Both the position numbers and the translations under genes were made by a program. Shown here in pieces: positions 6,716-16,054 of a DNA stretch of 51,465 bases. This DNA is from a virus. Taxonomy: Duplodnaviria; Caudoviricetes. Under the pieces are notes generated by a model. That model saw only the letters and a program-made list of their open reading frames with translations, was not told the DNA's origin and did not search any database. Positions within the stretch are counted from its first letter, which is position 1, and every line of letters starts with the position of its first letter. The stretch lies in IMG/VR virus record IMGVR_UViG_3300025128_000057, positions 1-51,465 of that record, one strand, 5' to 3'.

Positions 6716-7750
6716 TCAGGCAGGGATTAGCTCGCGCCATGCCTTCTCAGTGAGGTTGCCTACACGGCCAACCGCTACCCGATCCATGAGCTTGTCGCCC
6801 TGAGCGGTAGCGTCACCTTGATTAGCGTGCTGCTCAATTTCGCTGATCGCTTGAACCAAGCCCCAACCGGTCATCCTTGCACTTGGCAGAATCGTTTCCG
6901 AATCCCTCCAGTTCGTCAGGATGGCTTCACGCTTGTTGCCACGCATCGTGATCGCTCGATCACTGAGCACCTTGCCAGCGTCATCCCGAAAGATTTGCTC
7001 GCCGTTCACAACTTCACCGTTCAATGGAACAAGTTTGTTCAAGATGATGTTTCCGCCTTCACGGGAAAGTGGGCGGTTCATCAAGACACCGATCTGCCGG
7101 TCCATTTCTTTGGCCCATTCAACCTGTAGGTGTAAGGCCTCTCGGGCAGCGTCGATACGGTTCCAGATGTTCGCGGTGTGCTTGAAGCTGAACACGCTTT
7201 TCGTGTTGTTGTTTTTGCCGTAGAAGGTTGTCGAAAGCGCATTGGTGCAGCTAGGCACCATCGCAGTCGAAGCGACCCTCAATGCCGTTGACCCGTCGAA
7301 TGAGTTAAGGAAACCCATGTACGGTTGAACGTCAGGCATGTTCTGCATCTCGTAAGGCAGTTTGCCGAACATGAAAGTTTGGGCACCGCCTTTACGTTTC
7401 CCGGCCCATTCAGGTGACCATCCGTCACCGACGAGAGCGTCCATCAATCCAACGACTTGCTCAGTCTGGATTACGTGGTAACCCTTTCCTACGATGCCGA
7501 GTATGTCTCCGGTTGTTTCGTTGACAGTTAAGCGACTGTCGGGCATTTCAACTTTACGGGGTAACCGTAAGGCTGGGTTGTTGCTCTCAGGGAGAGAAAC
7601 CTCAGCGACGTGCGGAACCTTAGCTACGGTGAAGTCAAGGCCAGCGACTTTGATCGCTTCGTTGATACCGAGGCCAGAGATGTCCTCTGCGTCGACCGAC
7701 TCCCAAGGCGCATGCCTGTGAGACGGGTTTCGGGTAATTTCTGTTGTCAT
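6716..7750 (-). CDS. DUF932/DUF945-family protein
   Basis: AGLDFTV, LGIVGKGY, NSFDGST, CTNAL, KHT, TGWGLVQAISE motifs. Confidence 0.8.
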   Translation of the reverse strand: MTTEITRNPSHRHAPWESVDAEDISGLGINEAIKVAGLDFTVAKVPHVAEVSLPESNNPALRLPRKVEMPDSRLTVNETTGDILGIVGKGYHVIQTEQVVGLMDALVGDGWSPEWAGKRKGGAQTFMFGKLPYEMQNMPDVQPYMGFLNSFDGSTALRVASTAMVPSCTNALSTTFYGKNNNTKSVFSFKHTANIWNRIDAAREALHLQVEWAKEMDRQIGVLMNRPLSREGGNIILNKLVPLNGEVVNGEQIFRDDAGKVLSDRAITMRGNKREAILTNWRDSETILPSARMTGWGLVQAISEIEQHANQGDATAQGDKLMDRVAVGRVGNLTEKAWRELIPA

Positions 7751-8499
7751 TGTGAATCCTCCGATTCGGTTGCTGTCACTTCATTATTACCGGTAGGGGC
7801 TACCCTGTCAAGTAAAGATGAGATAATAATTTCAAGTTCATCCTCGCTGACCGCTGAACTACCGTTCTCTCCCCACGCTTCAAGGGCTAATTCCTTATCC
7901 CCATTGGCCGCTTCAAGAACAAGGTGTTTCGCTTTCGCCGCCGAAACCAACGTGATCACATCACCTTCCGGCCCTACGTCTGCCCCTAGTTCCTCAGGCA
8001 CGTAACCAGCGCCAAGAACCACATCGCTAAACAGATTCCGGCACAGTTTGGACACAGCACGCCACGTCAACATTGATTCCTGATACTGCTTCCAATTCTT
8101 TTTGCCTGCGAGGCCAGCAGCTTCAGCATCATCCAACGTAAACGTCGCAGTGTGCTCATCACCAGTATCGCAGCGTTTACCAATCGCAGTAGCTGAACCA
8201 GCGCCATTCTCAATGGTGACTGAATGGCCAGCCTGACGCACAAGCCCGAGCATCGCTTCCGGCTTCATGGATGCGCTGCCTTCAATCACATGGAAGTTAC
8301 GCATAGATGCCATCACGTCCCAACCGAAAGCCCGTCCGGCTAGCCCAGCGGCGACGATGTCAGCTTCACGGTTACGGTAAGCAGCAGGAACGATCCGTGA
8401 ACTGGCGAGTACCGTAGCCTGCCGCATCACTAGATCGAAGTAGCGGCCATCATCGGCACGCGCTACCTGTCGTTCTTCAATGATTTCAATGTCGGTCAT
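7747..8499 (-). CDS. RecT-like single-strand annealing protein
   Basis: VPAAYR, FHVIEG, FTLDDAEAAGL, WKQYQESML..RA, Y.PEEL. Confidence 0.7.
   Translation of the reverse strand: MTDIEIIEERQVARADDGRYFDLVMRQATVLASSRIVPAAYRNREADIVAAGLAGRAFGWDVMASMRNFHVIEGSASMKPEAMLGLVRQAGHSVTIENGAGSATAIGKRCDTGDEHTATFTLDDAEAAGLAGKKNWKQYQESMLTWRAVSKLCRNLFSDVVLGAGYVPEELGADVGPEGDVITLVSAAKAKHLVLEAANGDKELALEAWGENGSSAVSEDELEIIISSLLDRVAPTGNNEVTATESEDSQ
7779..7811 (-). promoter_or_regulatory. Family promoter P4 inside the 3' end of the RecT-like gene
   Basis: TTGACA-17-AATAAT, operator GTAGGGGCTACCCTGT 7793-7808, then GTGACAGCAACCG. Confidence 0.65.
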
Positions 8500-9092
8500 A
8501 GCTTTGCCCCTTTCTGGACATCAAGACTGAACGACGCTTCTTTCTTACAGAACTCATCGTCATTCAAACCAAGTTTCTTCAACTCAGACCAGCGCGGCTC
8601 GAAGCGGAATGCCCTTTTGAATAAACGCAGTTTGGCTACGTCGTAATCAAGTAGCTCCCCATCACCATTTGGGTCAAGGCGAAAAACGGGGTTAGCGGTC
8701 AACCGTTCAACCGCCTCCGCTAATTCATCTCGCCGGATCTCGGTTCGCTTAACAGTGTGTTTAGGTGTGCAAACAACTTGCTCACCGTTATCACTTTCGA
8801 TGACGACGGGTAACGGTTTGTTGCCGTTCGCCTCGAACAGTCGTGAAGCGATACGGGTGCTGTAACCGGAAATGCTTTCCCGTAGTTTGCCGTTTGCTTG
8901 TTTCCACTTAGGAATCAGCCTTGCCGCAACACGGTCACTCATTTCAATATGGTGAGTTGCTTCAGCGAGGTGTCCCATCGCAGTTGTGATTGCATCCGCT
9001 ATCTCGTCGGCAGTCGCGTCATCCGCGATTCCATCGAGAGCGGCGGCTGCATCATGGACAGGTCGTAGTTGCGACCATTGCATATTTGCCAT
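8496..9092 (-). CDS. Hypothetical protein
   Basis: ATG 9092 with SD AAGGAGG. Confidence 0.7.
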   Translation of the reverse strand: MANMQWSQLRPVHDAAAALDGIADDATADEIADAITTAMGHLAEATHHIEMSDRVAARLIPKWKQANGKLRESISGYSTRIASRLFEANGNKPLPVVIESDNGEQVVCTPKHTVKRTEIRRDELAEAVERLTANPVFRLDPNGDGELLDYDVAKLRLFKRAFRFEPRWSELKKLGLNDDEFCKKEASFSLDVQKGAKL

Positions 9093-9119
9093 TGCTCCTC
9101 CTTGGAGATTGATTGATGT

Positions 9120-9178
9120 CTGATAACACCAGCCTGCCCACCGGGTGAGACACCCGATGAGCAGATAGTTGGCATCAG
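9120..9178 (-). other. Long intergenic RNA hairpin (possible processing site)
   Basis: 15-bp stem TCTGCTCATCGGGTG/CACCCGGTGGGCAGG with G-U pairs, plus outer CTGATG/TATCAG; no U-tract. Confidence 0.55.
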
Positions 9179-9654
9179 CCCCTATCCCAGCAGTCGCCCA
9201 CCTCCATCCAGTTGTCCACGGCGTACCCATCCGGAAGCGCAGCGACCCACTCTGAGCGAGTCATGTTGGTCACGTTGGTTGACAGCCCGATACGGTCTGC
9301 GAAGTGAAGGGTGTTAAGGCGCATCTTCCGATACACCAACTCGCCTTCGTGTTCTTCCCAGACGCCGACGCGATTGTCGTCACCGGTTGACAGGATGTGA
9401 TAGCGCTCCGCGACTTCGTACATATTGTCGGAAGTGATTTTGTTGATACCAAGGTTCGGCATCATCTGGATAACCGAAGTGGTTATCCGATGCTGGTTCC
9501 GTTGGTAATTGGTTGAGCCTTCAGTGAACACCTCCCCGTTTTGGCTTGGGTCGATGTACGTTTCAGCCAGAAGGCTGTCAGCGTTTCGACAATTTGCGAT
9601 GTTCCATGTGAGTGGCATATTTGAATCTCCGATTCTTGTTGCGATTACTGCCAT
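9175..9654 (-). CDS. Hypothetical protein (starts 9654 leaderless, 9618 SD-led)
   Basis: First gene after P5. Confidence 0.75.
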   Translation of the reverse strand: MAVIATRIGDSNMPLTWNIANCRNADSLLAETYIDPSQNGEVFTEGSTNYQRNQHRITTSVIQMMPNLGINKITSDNMYEVAERYHILSTGDDNRVGVWEEHEGELVYRKMRLNTLHFADRIGLSTNVTNMTRSEWVAALPDGYAVDNWMEVGDCWDRG

Positions 9655-9702
9655 GACTTCACTTTATCATGAATCACCACCGTTGTCAAGGGGTAGCCCT
9701 AA
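9654..9702 (-). promoter_or_regulatory. Leftward divergent promoter P5
   Basis: TTGACA-17-TAAAGT-6-ATGGCAGTAATCGC; operator CAAGGGGTAGCCCTAA 9687-9702 lies upstream of/over -35. Confidence 0.8.
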
Positions 9703-9749
9703 TAATATGGTCAAGGATTCTTGAAGAACAAAGTTTCTTGAACAAATAG

Positions 9750-9787
9750 TTGCTAGTGGGTCCCCTATCATATATAGTTCAGGTATG
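9750..9787 (+). promoter_or_regulatory. Rightward divergent promoter P6
   Basis: TTGCTA-17-TATAGT-6-ATGGCAGCAATC; operator CTAGTGGGTCCCCTAT 9753-9768. Confidence 0.85.
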
Positions 9788-10009
9788 GCAGCAATCACAA
9801 ACTCAAAAGGAGCTACCATGACCCACTCATTCGACCAGACCGACAGCTACGTCTTCGACGATCGGCATGTCGCCCAAGGCGGACTCGAAGGTTGGACCGC
9901 AACCTGCGGAGCCTGCGGCTACCAGATGGGCACCTCACTGAGCGACAAGCACTTCATTGTCAAAGACATGAACGATCACGTTCGCTACATGATTAAAGAG
10001 GGCCGATAA
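9785..10009 (+). CDS. Hypothetical protein (starts 9785 leaderless, 9818 SD-led)
   Basis: First gene after P6; CGAC motif. Confidence 0.75.
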   Translation: MAAITNSKGATMTHSFDQTDSYVFDDRHVAQGGLEGWTATCGACGYQMGTSLSDKHFIVKDMNDHVRYMIKEGR

Positions 10010-10261
10010 ATGGCAGTCGATTGGTCAGCTAAAGCGAAACTCACCAAGCTGCGTTTCGCCAGTGACATGCCGCAAGCGACACCACGAATAGTGAGTTGCC
10101 GTAACTGCGGTAAAGACGCACGAGCCGCAGGAACGCTTTACTGCGAAACCCATGCGGCAACTAAATCCACCACCGAGTTATTGGATGCCGGTGAGTATCA
10201 CGGTAACTGGCGAGTTGGTCGTAACCGTTTAGGTAATCCGGTCTGGGAGCGTGCGATATGA
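10010..10261 (+). CDS. Small zinc-finger-like protein
   Basis: CRNC...YCETH; abuts upstream stop. Confidence 0.65.
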   Translation: MAVDWSAKAKLTKLRFASDMPQATPRIVSCRNCGKDARAAGTLYCETHAATKSTTELLDAGEYHGNWRVGRNRLGNPVWERAI

Positions 10262-10551
10262 GCAGAGTAGGAACTCAATGCAAAACGCATCACGAGATTT
10301 CCGTAGGCGGCAAAAGGTCCGTCGTCATCAACGAGATCCTTGAAGAAGATGTTGATGGTGAATGGCTTTGGTACTTTCAAGTCATTGAATGTGAAGCGAA
10401 CAGATGGTACTCCGCTGAAACCCTCAACGAAGCAAAATGCCGAGCGGCAGATCTTGCGTTAGGTCTAGGTGTTAGCCGAGGTCGCTACCCATTCAAACTT
10501 GGTGAAGACCTTGAACAATGGGAAATAGAAATCTGGGGCAAAGAGTCATGA
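10258..10551 (+). CDS. Hypothetical protein
   Basis: ATGA overlap. Confidence 0.65.
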   Translation: MSRVGTQCKTHHEISVGGKRSVVINEILEEDVDGEWLWYFQVIECEANRWYSAETLNEAKCRAADLALGLGVSRGRYPFKLGEDLEQWEIEIWGKES

Positions 10552-10709
10552 GGTGTAAACGCTGTGACCGGCCCGTCCGCCTCGAATCAGAAATGTACGG
10601 GTTCGTCCGAACACAAAGCGGTCCACCTGATTGGCCTGTCCATATTTGGAACGGCCATGTGGATTGCAACAAAGCACCCACTGTTAAACAAGAAATGGAG
10701 AACGTATGA
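10548..10709 (+). CDS. Small Cys/His protein (MRCKRCDRP)
   Basis: ATGA overlaps on both sides. Confidence 0.6.
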   Translation: MRCKRCDRPVRLESEMYGFVRTQSGPPDWPVHIWNGHVDCNKAPTVKQEMENV

Positions 10710-10915
10710 GCATTACACAAACAGATGCCGGTAAACGCATGCAGGCGTATCACCCTCGCCGTAACGAAATGGTCGAATGCGACATTTTGGATGTGCAAGT
10801 AAGTGAGGAATTCAATGACGGGCCAGAAGTTTGGGTCTGTCAGATTAACGAAGTCGGGGGTCATGAATGGCCTCCAGAACTGGTCCGCAAACAATTACTA
10901 GAGGAGGTTGTTTAA
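10706..10915 (+). CDS. Hypothetical protein
   Basis: SD GGAG, ATGA overlap. Confidence 0.65.
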   Translation: MSITQTDAGKRMQAYHPRRNEMVECDILDVQVSEEFNDGPEVWVCQINEVGGHEWPPELVRKQLLEEVV

Positions 10916-10917
10916 CA

Positions 10918-11088
10918 ATGACAACAACAGATTGGTCAGAGATCACACACCTCGAAATAGAAGGCGATAACCCATTAGGGAATCACTGTTGGATTACTGC
11001 CGACTTGATGGCCCATTACGATCTCAAATCCGCCGAAGAACGACGTGACCAACTGGTTGCGAAGTTTCAAACAACAAAGGAGCCGTAA
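10918..11088 (+). CDS. Hypothetical protein (MTTTDWSE)
   Basis: SD GAGGAGG; fills operon gap. Confidence 0.6.
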   Translation: MTTTDWSEITHLEIEGDNPLGNHCWITADLMAHYDLKSAEERRDQLVAKFQTTKEP

Positions 11089-11496
11089 ATGGCGTTCGAT
11101 AACACAACAACAATCATCGGGAACGTGAGTATCCCACCAGAGTTGAAGTTTCTGAATGATGGAACTGCGCTATGCACGTTTAGTGTCGCGTGGAACCAGA
11201 AGAAACAAAACGCTGAGGACGTTGCCCACTATTTCAAGGTCACGGCTTGGCGTCAGCTAGCAGAGAATGTGGCTGAGTCCTTCAATAAGGGTGACCGAGT
11301 TTGGGTATTCGGTCGGCTTGATTTCTCTAGATGGGAACAAGACGGTCAGACTCGTAGCTCAGTTGAGGTGAGCGCTGAGGATGCTGGACTTTCGGTTCAG
11401 TGGAGGCCAGCTACGGTTGGTGAAGCGTCACAGCCAGCGCGTCGTGAAGCTCCAAAGATGCCTGAGCAGAATGTGCCAGACCATGAACCGTTCTAA
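11089..11496 (+). CDS. ssb: Single-stranded DNA-binding protein
   Basis: IIGN...PELKF, VTAWRQLAENVAES..KGDRV, C-terminal EPF. Confidence 0.92.
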   Translation: MAFDNTTTIIGNVSIPPELKFLNDGTALCTFSVAWNQKKQNAEDVAHYFKVTAWRQLAENVAESFNKGDRVWVFGRLDFSRWEQDGQTRSSVEVSAEDAGLSVQWRPATVGEASQPARREAPKMPEQNVPDHEPF

Positions 11497-11544
11497 ATGG
11501 GTAGGGGCCACCGCGTACCCCTTACCGTCTGTTATCATTACGGC

Positions 11545-11922
11545 ATGGCTAGTTACGTTCTCGAACTTCATGGCAACAGGCCGTGGACTAGTAACGCTGA
11601 ACGGTCGTGGCATCACATGAAACGGGCAGCGAAAGTCAAAGATCAACGGGAAGCGTTCGGCTGGTTAGCGAAAGCACACGAAGTGCCGAAACTGAAAGCG
11701 GTTGTTGTTCATGCGACACCGCTCGCTAAAGACCGGCGATGGAAACAGGATGTAGGTGGTTGTTTCCCTGCGGTGAAAGCTGCGATTGACGGTTTAGTTG
11801 ATCGAGGCGTTTTAGAAGATGACAACCCTACGTTCTTGAAGGCGTTGACGTTTTACCCAGCAGAAATCGGTGACGTTGATGGTTTACGGATTGAGCTTGT
11901 GGAGGTTGTGTCGTGTCAATGA
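11545..11922 (+). CDS. RusA-like Holliday junction resolvase
   Basis: D.....AVKAAIDGLVDRGVLEDD. Confidence 0.75.
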   Translation: MASYVLELHGNRPWTSNAERSWHHMKRAAKVKDQREAFGWLAKAHEVPKLKAVVVHATPLAKDRRWKQDVGGCFPAVKAAIDGLVDRGVLEDDNPTFLKALTFYPAEIGDVDGLRIELVEVVSCQ

Positions 11923-12257
11923 CAGAACCGATGTATCAGGTCAATGTTGAACAGAAACTGTTGGATCTTGGCGATCAACTCGAATACGAAGTTGAGCAGT
12001 ACGGTTTGTTGACGGTTGAGCGCGCTGAAGCTGAATCCGAATATAAACGCCAATACAACAGGGCGATCCTGCGTTTGAGTGAGGGAACGGTTGCGAAACA
12101 AACAGCGATCGCTCATTTGAAAGCAGCGAACGCCTATCACGCTTGGAAGATCGCGGAAGCGCAAGAGAAAGCAACGCAACAGAAACTGATTGCGGTACGT
12201 ACCCAGATTGAATCAGCACGCACTATCTCAGCGAACGTGCGAGCTTCAGGAGGTTGA
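11919..12257 (+). CDS. Helical hypothetical protein
   Basis: ATGA overlap; ends ARTISANVRA. Confidence 0.7.
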   Translation: MTEPMYQVNVEQKLLDLGDQLEYEVEQYGLLTVERAEAESEYKRQYNRAILRLSEGTVAKQTAIAHLKAANAYHAWKIAEAQEKATQQKLIAVRTQIESARTISANVRASGG

Positions 12258-12258
12258 A

Positions 12259-12498
12259 ATGAGTGACGACGAAGTTCAAGCGTTACTAGTTGAGGTGTCT
12301 CGGCAAACAATCGAGATTGATCATCACCGGAAACGTGTCACTGAGTTAGGTGAGTTACGGCGAAGTTTGTTCGCAGAACTACGCCAACGCAAGGTCACAA
12401 TTCCGACGATCGCTAAGGCGACAGGTTTACATAAGATGACAATTCAGCAAGACATGCAGCGTTTACGTAAGGCGAAGGATGTATCAAAGGATGCATGA
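12259..12498 (+). CDS. Small HTH protein
   Basis: TIPTIAKATGLHKMTIQQ; SD AGGAGG. Confidence 0.65.
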   Translation: MSDDEVQALLVEVSRQTIEIDHHRKRVTELGELRRSLFAELRQRKVTIPTIAKATGLHKMTIQQDMQRLRKAKDVSKDA

Positions 12499-12656
12499 AA
12501 CATGGATTGCAAAGTTTTCGTGAGTTGGGTTGCCGATGCGATGTTTGTTTGGCAGCGATGCTTCATTTCATGCGTTCAGGCCATTCATCAAACGTCAATG
12601 GTGAAGCGGATAGCTGGACACGTGAGGAGATCATCCGCTCTAACCAACGAAAATAG
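12495..12656 (+). CDS. Small HG...GCRCxxC protein, 53 aa
   Basis: Read manually: MKHGLQSFRELGCRCDVC; ATGA overlap. Confidence 0.65.
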   Translation: MKHGLQSFRELGCRCDVCLAAMLHFMRSGHSSNVNGEADSWTREEIIRSNQRK

Positions 12657-12676
12657 TTCTATCGTTTGCGACCGAA

Positions 12677-12952
12677 ATGTATATGGGACCAAACATATTG
12701 AAAGACTGGCGTCCCACCAGCCCTTTGCCGCAACAAATTCGCAGCGAAGCGCGGTGTGCCGGAGCGCCAATCGACTGGTTCTATCCAGACAAAGGGAAAT
12801 GGGCTATCGGCAGGCAACTGTGCCGGATGTGCCCGGTACAAGAGGAATGTTTGCAATATGCGTTGGATAACAAAATCCGACACGGAACTTGGGGCGGATA
12901 CACCTCCCGAGAACGCTACCGAATGGGAAAGCAACGGAATGACGGAACTTGA
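12677..12952 (+). CDS. whiB: WhiB-family transcription factor
   Basis: C...WFYP...CRMCPVQEECLQYAL...GTWGG..RER. Confidence 0.92.
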   Translation: MYMGPNILKDWRPTSPLPQQIRSEARCAGAPIDWFYPDKGKWAIGRQLCRMCPVQEECLQYALDNKIRHGTWGGYTSRERYRMGKQRNDGT

Positions 12953-13574
12953 AACTGAACTTGTGAGCGTGGAATCGGCTGTGTTGTCAACTCATCCTGA
13001 TAATGCTCGCCGTGGAAATGTTGATGCGATCAGAGAGTCGATACGCACGAACGGTTTTTATGGGGCGATCATCGCCCAGAAATCTACGGGCCACATCATT
13101 GTAGGTAACCACCGTTACACGGCTGCTGTGCAGGAGGGCATCACTGAGATCCCTGTTATTTGGCGTGATTGCACGGATGATGAGGCTCGGAAGTTGTTGC
13201 TAGTCGATAACCGTTCTAGTGACGCTGGTTCGTATGACGAGGAATCGTTACGTGATCTGCTTGCTTTGACCCTCGATTCGACTGGCGACCTGCTTGGCAC
13301 CGGTTACGAACAGGATGATCTTGAAGCGTTAATGTTTTCGCTTGAAATTAGTAGCACCGATTTCGGTGAGTTGTTGCCGGACGCTCTCACTCCAGATGAG
13401 GCGGCTGATAGTTATCAAGCTGCCGGTATACGTTCAATCATTTTGCCTTATGATCTTGATGACTACAACAGCATCGTAGAGATGTTCGAAAAGGCACGCT
13501 CCGGTTTAAGCGTTGACTCGAACGCTGACGTAGTTCGGGTGTTGTTGGCTGGTTACACAGATGCAAATAGTTGA
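12939..13574 (+). CDS. ParB/Srx N-terminal domain protein
   Basis: HPDNARRG...SIRTNGF...IIVGNHRYTAA...LLVDNR. Confidence 0.85.
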   Translation: MTELETELVSVESAVLSTHPDNARRGNVDAIRESIRTNGFYGAIIAQKSTGHIIVGNHRYTAAVQEGITEIPVIWRDCTDDEARKLLLVDNRSSDAGSYDEESLRDLLALTLDSTGDLLGTGYEQDDLEALMFSLEISSTDFGELLPDALTPDEAADSYQAAGIRSIILPYDLDDYNSIVEMFEKARSGLSVDSNADVVRVLLAGYTDANS

Positions 13575-14430
13575 GGTTGACCGTGTTGACTGGTCACCTG
13601 ATGAGAAGAACCAGCGCGTAGACGAACTCCCTGACGGTGTTCGCCTTATCGATGGTGACGCTGTTCTGGTTGACGGGGAACGGGAAACGGTTGCCGCTCA
13701 AATTATTGCTGGCCCTGAAAGTAGTGGCCGTCTAGCGTGGTTTGGTCGCGAGATGCACAGCAAACCAAAGGTATGGCACGATGATCGCCATACAGCGAAC
13801 GCTTCATCTCGGTTATCAGGCGTTCTTTACCCGAACAGGACGTTCGGGACAGCGGCACCGTCAGCTTTACGTCGCCGGTTTTGGTGTAGTGCGGCTACGT
13901 TCGATCAGCAGCACCCTAAGATCGCTGCGGAGTTACGGAATCTCGCGGTCGTGGCTTGGGAAACGTGCCAGAAGGTGATGCCTGAAGCGGCAGAACACAC
14001 AGCGGAAACGGTTTACCCCAAAATCCATGATGATTGGTTGCTGTTCGATGCGCCTTGGACAAGCGGAATCATCAATAAGAGCGCAGCTTTGCCATATCAC
14101 CGTGATTCAGGCAACATCAAGGGAGCTATTTCAGCGATGTGGGTTGTCCGTTCACGCATCAAGGGCGGCTATTTACATATCCCTGAATACAACGTCGCTT
14201 TCACTTGCCCAAACAAATCGTTACTCATGTTCGATGGGCAAAGCCTGTGGCATGGGGTAACACCATTCGAAACTGAGAGCCATCCTGAGGCTTTCCGGTT
14301 CAGCGTCGTGTATTACGCCAAGACTGGTTGCCAGAAATGCGGACCGGCCCATAGCGAAGCTGAACGAGCGCAACTGAAACGCACAGAAGAACACGAAACA
14401 CACCGTGACGAAATGATCGACAACTCATGA
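13561..14430 (+). CDS. TET/JBP-family 2-oxoglutarate Fe(II) dioxygenase
   Basis: WTSGIIN...PYHRDSGN (HxD), GGYL.IPEY, HGVTP, RFSVVYY. Confidence 0.8.
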   Translation: MQIVEVDRVDWSPDEKNQRVDELPDGVRLIDGDAVLVDGERETVAAQIIAGPESSGRLAWFGREMHSKPKVWHDDRHTANASSRLSGVLYPNRTFGTAAPSALRRRFWCSAATFDQQHPKIAAELRNLAVVAWETCQKVMPEAAEHTAETVYPKIHDDWLLFDAPWTSGIINKSAALPYHRDSGNIKGAISAMWVVRSRIKGGYLHIPEYNVAFTCPNKSLLMFDGQSLWHGVTPFETESHPEAFRFSVVYYAKTGCQKCGPAHSEAERAQLKRTEEHETHRDEMIDNS

Positions 14431-15410
14431 TGGCTGAAACGCATTTACGGTTCTTGGCTGACTTCACTCGATATGAGCGTGCTGTTGGTGGACCTGACCC
14501 ACATATGCGCATCGTTTGTGAAGGCATCATCGAACCTGAGTGGGCACCGGTGGATAAGGCGTGGATGATTGGCTGCTATCTTGCGCCATACAACGTGCCG
14601 ACTGGTGAAGTGATTTTCCATCACTGGCCTACCGCTAGTTCAGTGTTAAATAATCCTGATGGGTTGAAGCGTTGGATCAAAGAAGCATGGCCAGCGATGT
14701 CGCTACGTAGGGAACGCCGAGCGATACGCACCCCAGTGAAACTCGCTGACCATTTAATCAATTACGCAGAATGGTGTGTTGTTCGTTCAGGAAAGATTCA
14801 CGCCGAACTGGACGCTGATCGGGTTTGGCGCGAGTTGATGACAATTCAGGGAAACGGTCGTTACGCAACTATCAAAACGTATGAAGCGTTGCAGCGCGTA
14901 GGTGTTGTCGGTCCACCGTTCCCTGATATCCGACCGCATGGCGGCTGGTCACCGAGGGAAATGCTTGCGAAACTACACCCAGACGTTCAAGCTGCTTTGA
15001 ATGGCGGTAATACCGCTGTCCTCTGCCAGCTTGCTAACGACCGAGCCGAAATATCAAAAAAAGATCTTGAAGCTGAACTGTCAGACACCGTGGACTGGTA
15101 CACGATGGAAGTCGTGCTCTGCGAATATAAGCAGGCATGGGATGGCGGCCAATATCCGGGCAGAGCACATGACTCAGAACTAGGCCACATCATCAAAGTG
15201 GAACCCCAATGGCCTGACGTACCGTTCCGGTCCCTCGAAATCCGTTCCAACATGTTCCCCCATTTGGCTTTAGGGGAGCTAAACGGTTGGGAAGGTAGGC
15301 GTGATGGCTTAGGCGGTTGCCCTTCACAACACGGGTATATGTGGACAGACACACTGTACGAGTGGACACCTGAAATGGATTTATCAGACCCTGAAAAGAG
15401 GTCTAAATGA
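14427..15410 (+). CDS. aGPT-PPlase-like (amino acid:DNA transferase) base-modification enzyme
   Basis: GNGRY HhH-like segment and MEVVLCEYKQ...YPG motif; gene context. Confidence 0.65.
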   Translation: MMAETHLRFLADFTRYERAVGGPDPHMRIVCEGIIEPEWAPVDKAWMIGCYLAPYNVPTGEVIFHHWPTASSVLNNPDGLKRWIKEAWPAMSLRRERRAIRTPVKLADHLINYAEWCVVRSGKIHAELDADRVWRELMTIQGNGRYATIKTYEALQRVGVVGPPFPDIRPHGGWSPREMLAKLHPDVQAALNGGNTAVLCQLANDRAEISKKDLEAELSDTVDWYTMEVVLCEYKQAWDGGQYPGRAHDSELGHIIKVEPQWPDVPFRSLEIRSNMFPHLALGELNGWEGRRDGLGGCPSQHGYMWTDTLYEWTPEMDLSDPEKRSK

Positions 15411-16054
15411 TCTTGTATCAAGAAGCCCGTAACCAGTGGGCTGAGAATTTGCTTTATCGTGAAGCCGGTCCAGATATTGACTGTATACGTGAACAAAGAC
15501 GTGAGTATGGTTTGATTGATTGGGCTAACCATGACGTACTTGACCTCGGTGCGAACATCGGAGCGTTTGCACGTTTCGCAGTGATGCATGGCGCAGAGTT
15601 TGTGACTTGCGTCGAGCCTGATAAACGAAATATTGAAGTCTTCAAAGCAAACATGATGACTGACGTCATGTATCTGTATGAAGCTGCGGTCAACAATGAT
15701 GGGCAGTCAGGTGAGCTTTACCTCGCTAACAATGATCAACATTGGTCGCATACAACGGTCCCCTTACGTGGAAGGGAATCAGTTTCTGTTAATGGCGTCG
15801 CCTTGAAGAATTTGGTTTGGAATCAAACGGCAATCAAATGCGATATCGAAGGCGGCGAATACGGCCTCGACTGGTCGGTACTCGCTGATACCGAAGTTCG
15901 TACAGTGATTATGGAACTTCATTTAACGAAACGAGAGTGGCGTCGGGTTGAAGCACCCAAACTATTTGAGGCCTTCGCTGAGCTTGGCTTCACTATCAAT
16001 AACCCTGAAATACCTGAAAAGAGTTGGAACATGGTAAGGAGTTGGACCAGATGA
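15407..16054 (+). CDS. FkbM-family SAM methyltransferase
   Basis: VLDLGANIGAF, VEP, IKCDIEGGEY, MELH. Confidence 0.85.
   Translation: MILYQEARNQWAENLLYREAGPDIDCIREQRREYGLIDWANHDVLDLGANIGAFARFAVMHGAEFVTCVEPDKRNIEVFKANMMTDVMYLYEAAVNNDGQSGELYLANNDQHWSHTTVPLRGRESVSVNGVALKNLVWNQTAIKCDIEGGEYGLDWSVLADTEVRTVIMELHLTKREWRRVEAPKLFEAFAELGFTINNPEIPEKSWNMVRSWTR

Noticed and set aside
11500-11544. GTAGGGGCCACC half-match to the operator before the RusA-like gene
   Set aside because: Second half-site, -35 and shared leader are missing; at most a separate extended -10 promoter
12502-12870. 122-aa ORF in the track
   Set aside because: Overlaps WhiB; the 12495-12656 frame has a recognisable motif and ATGA coupling
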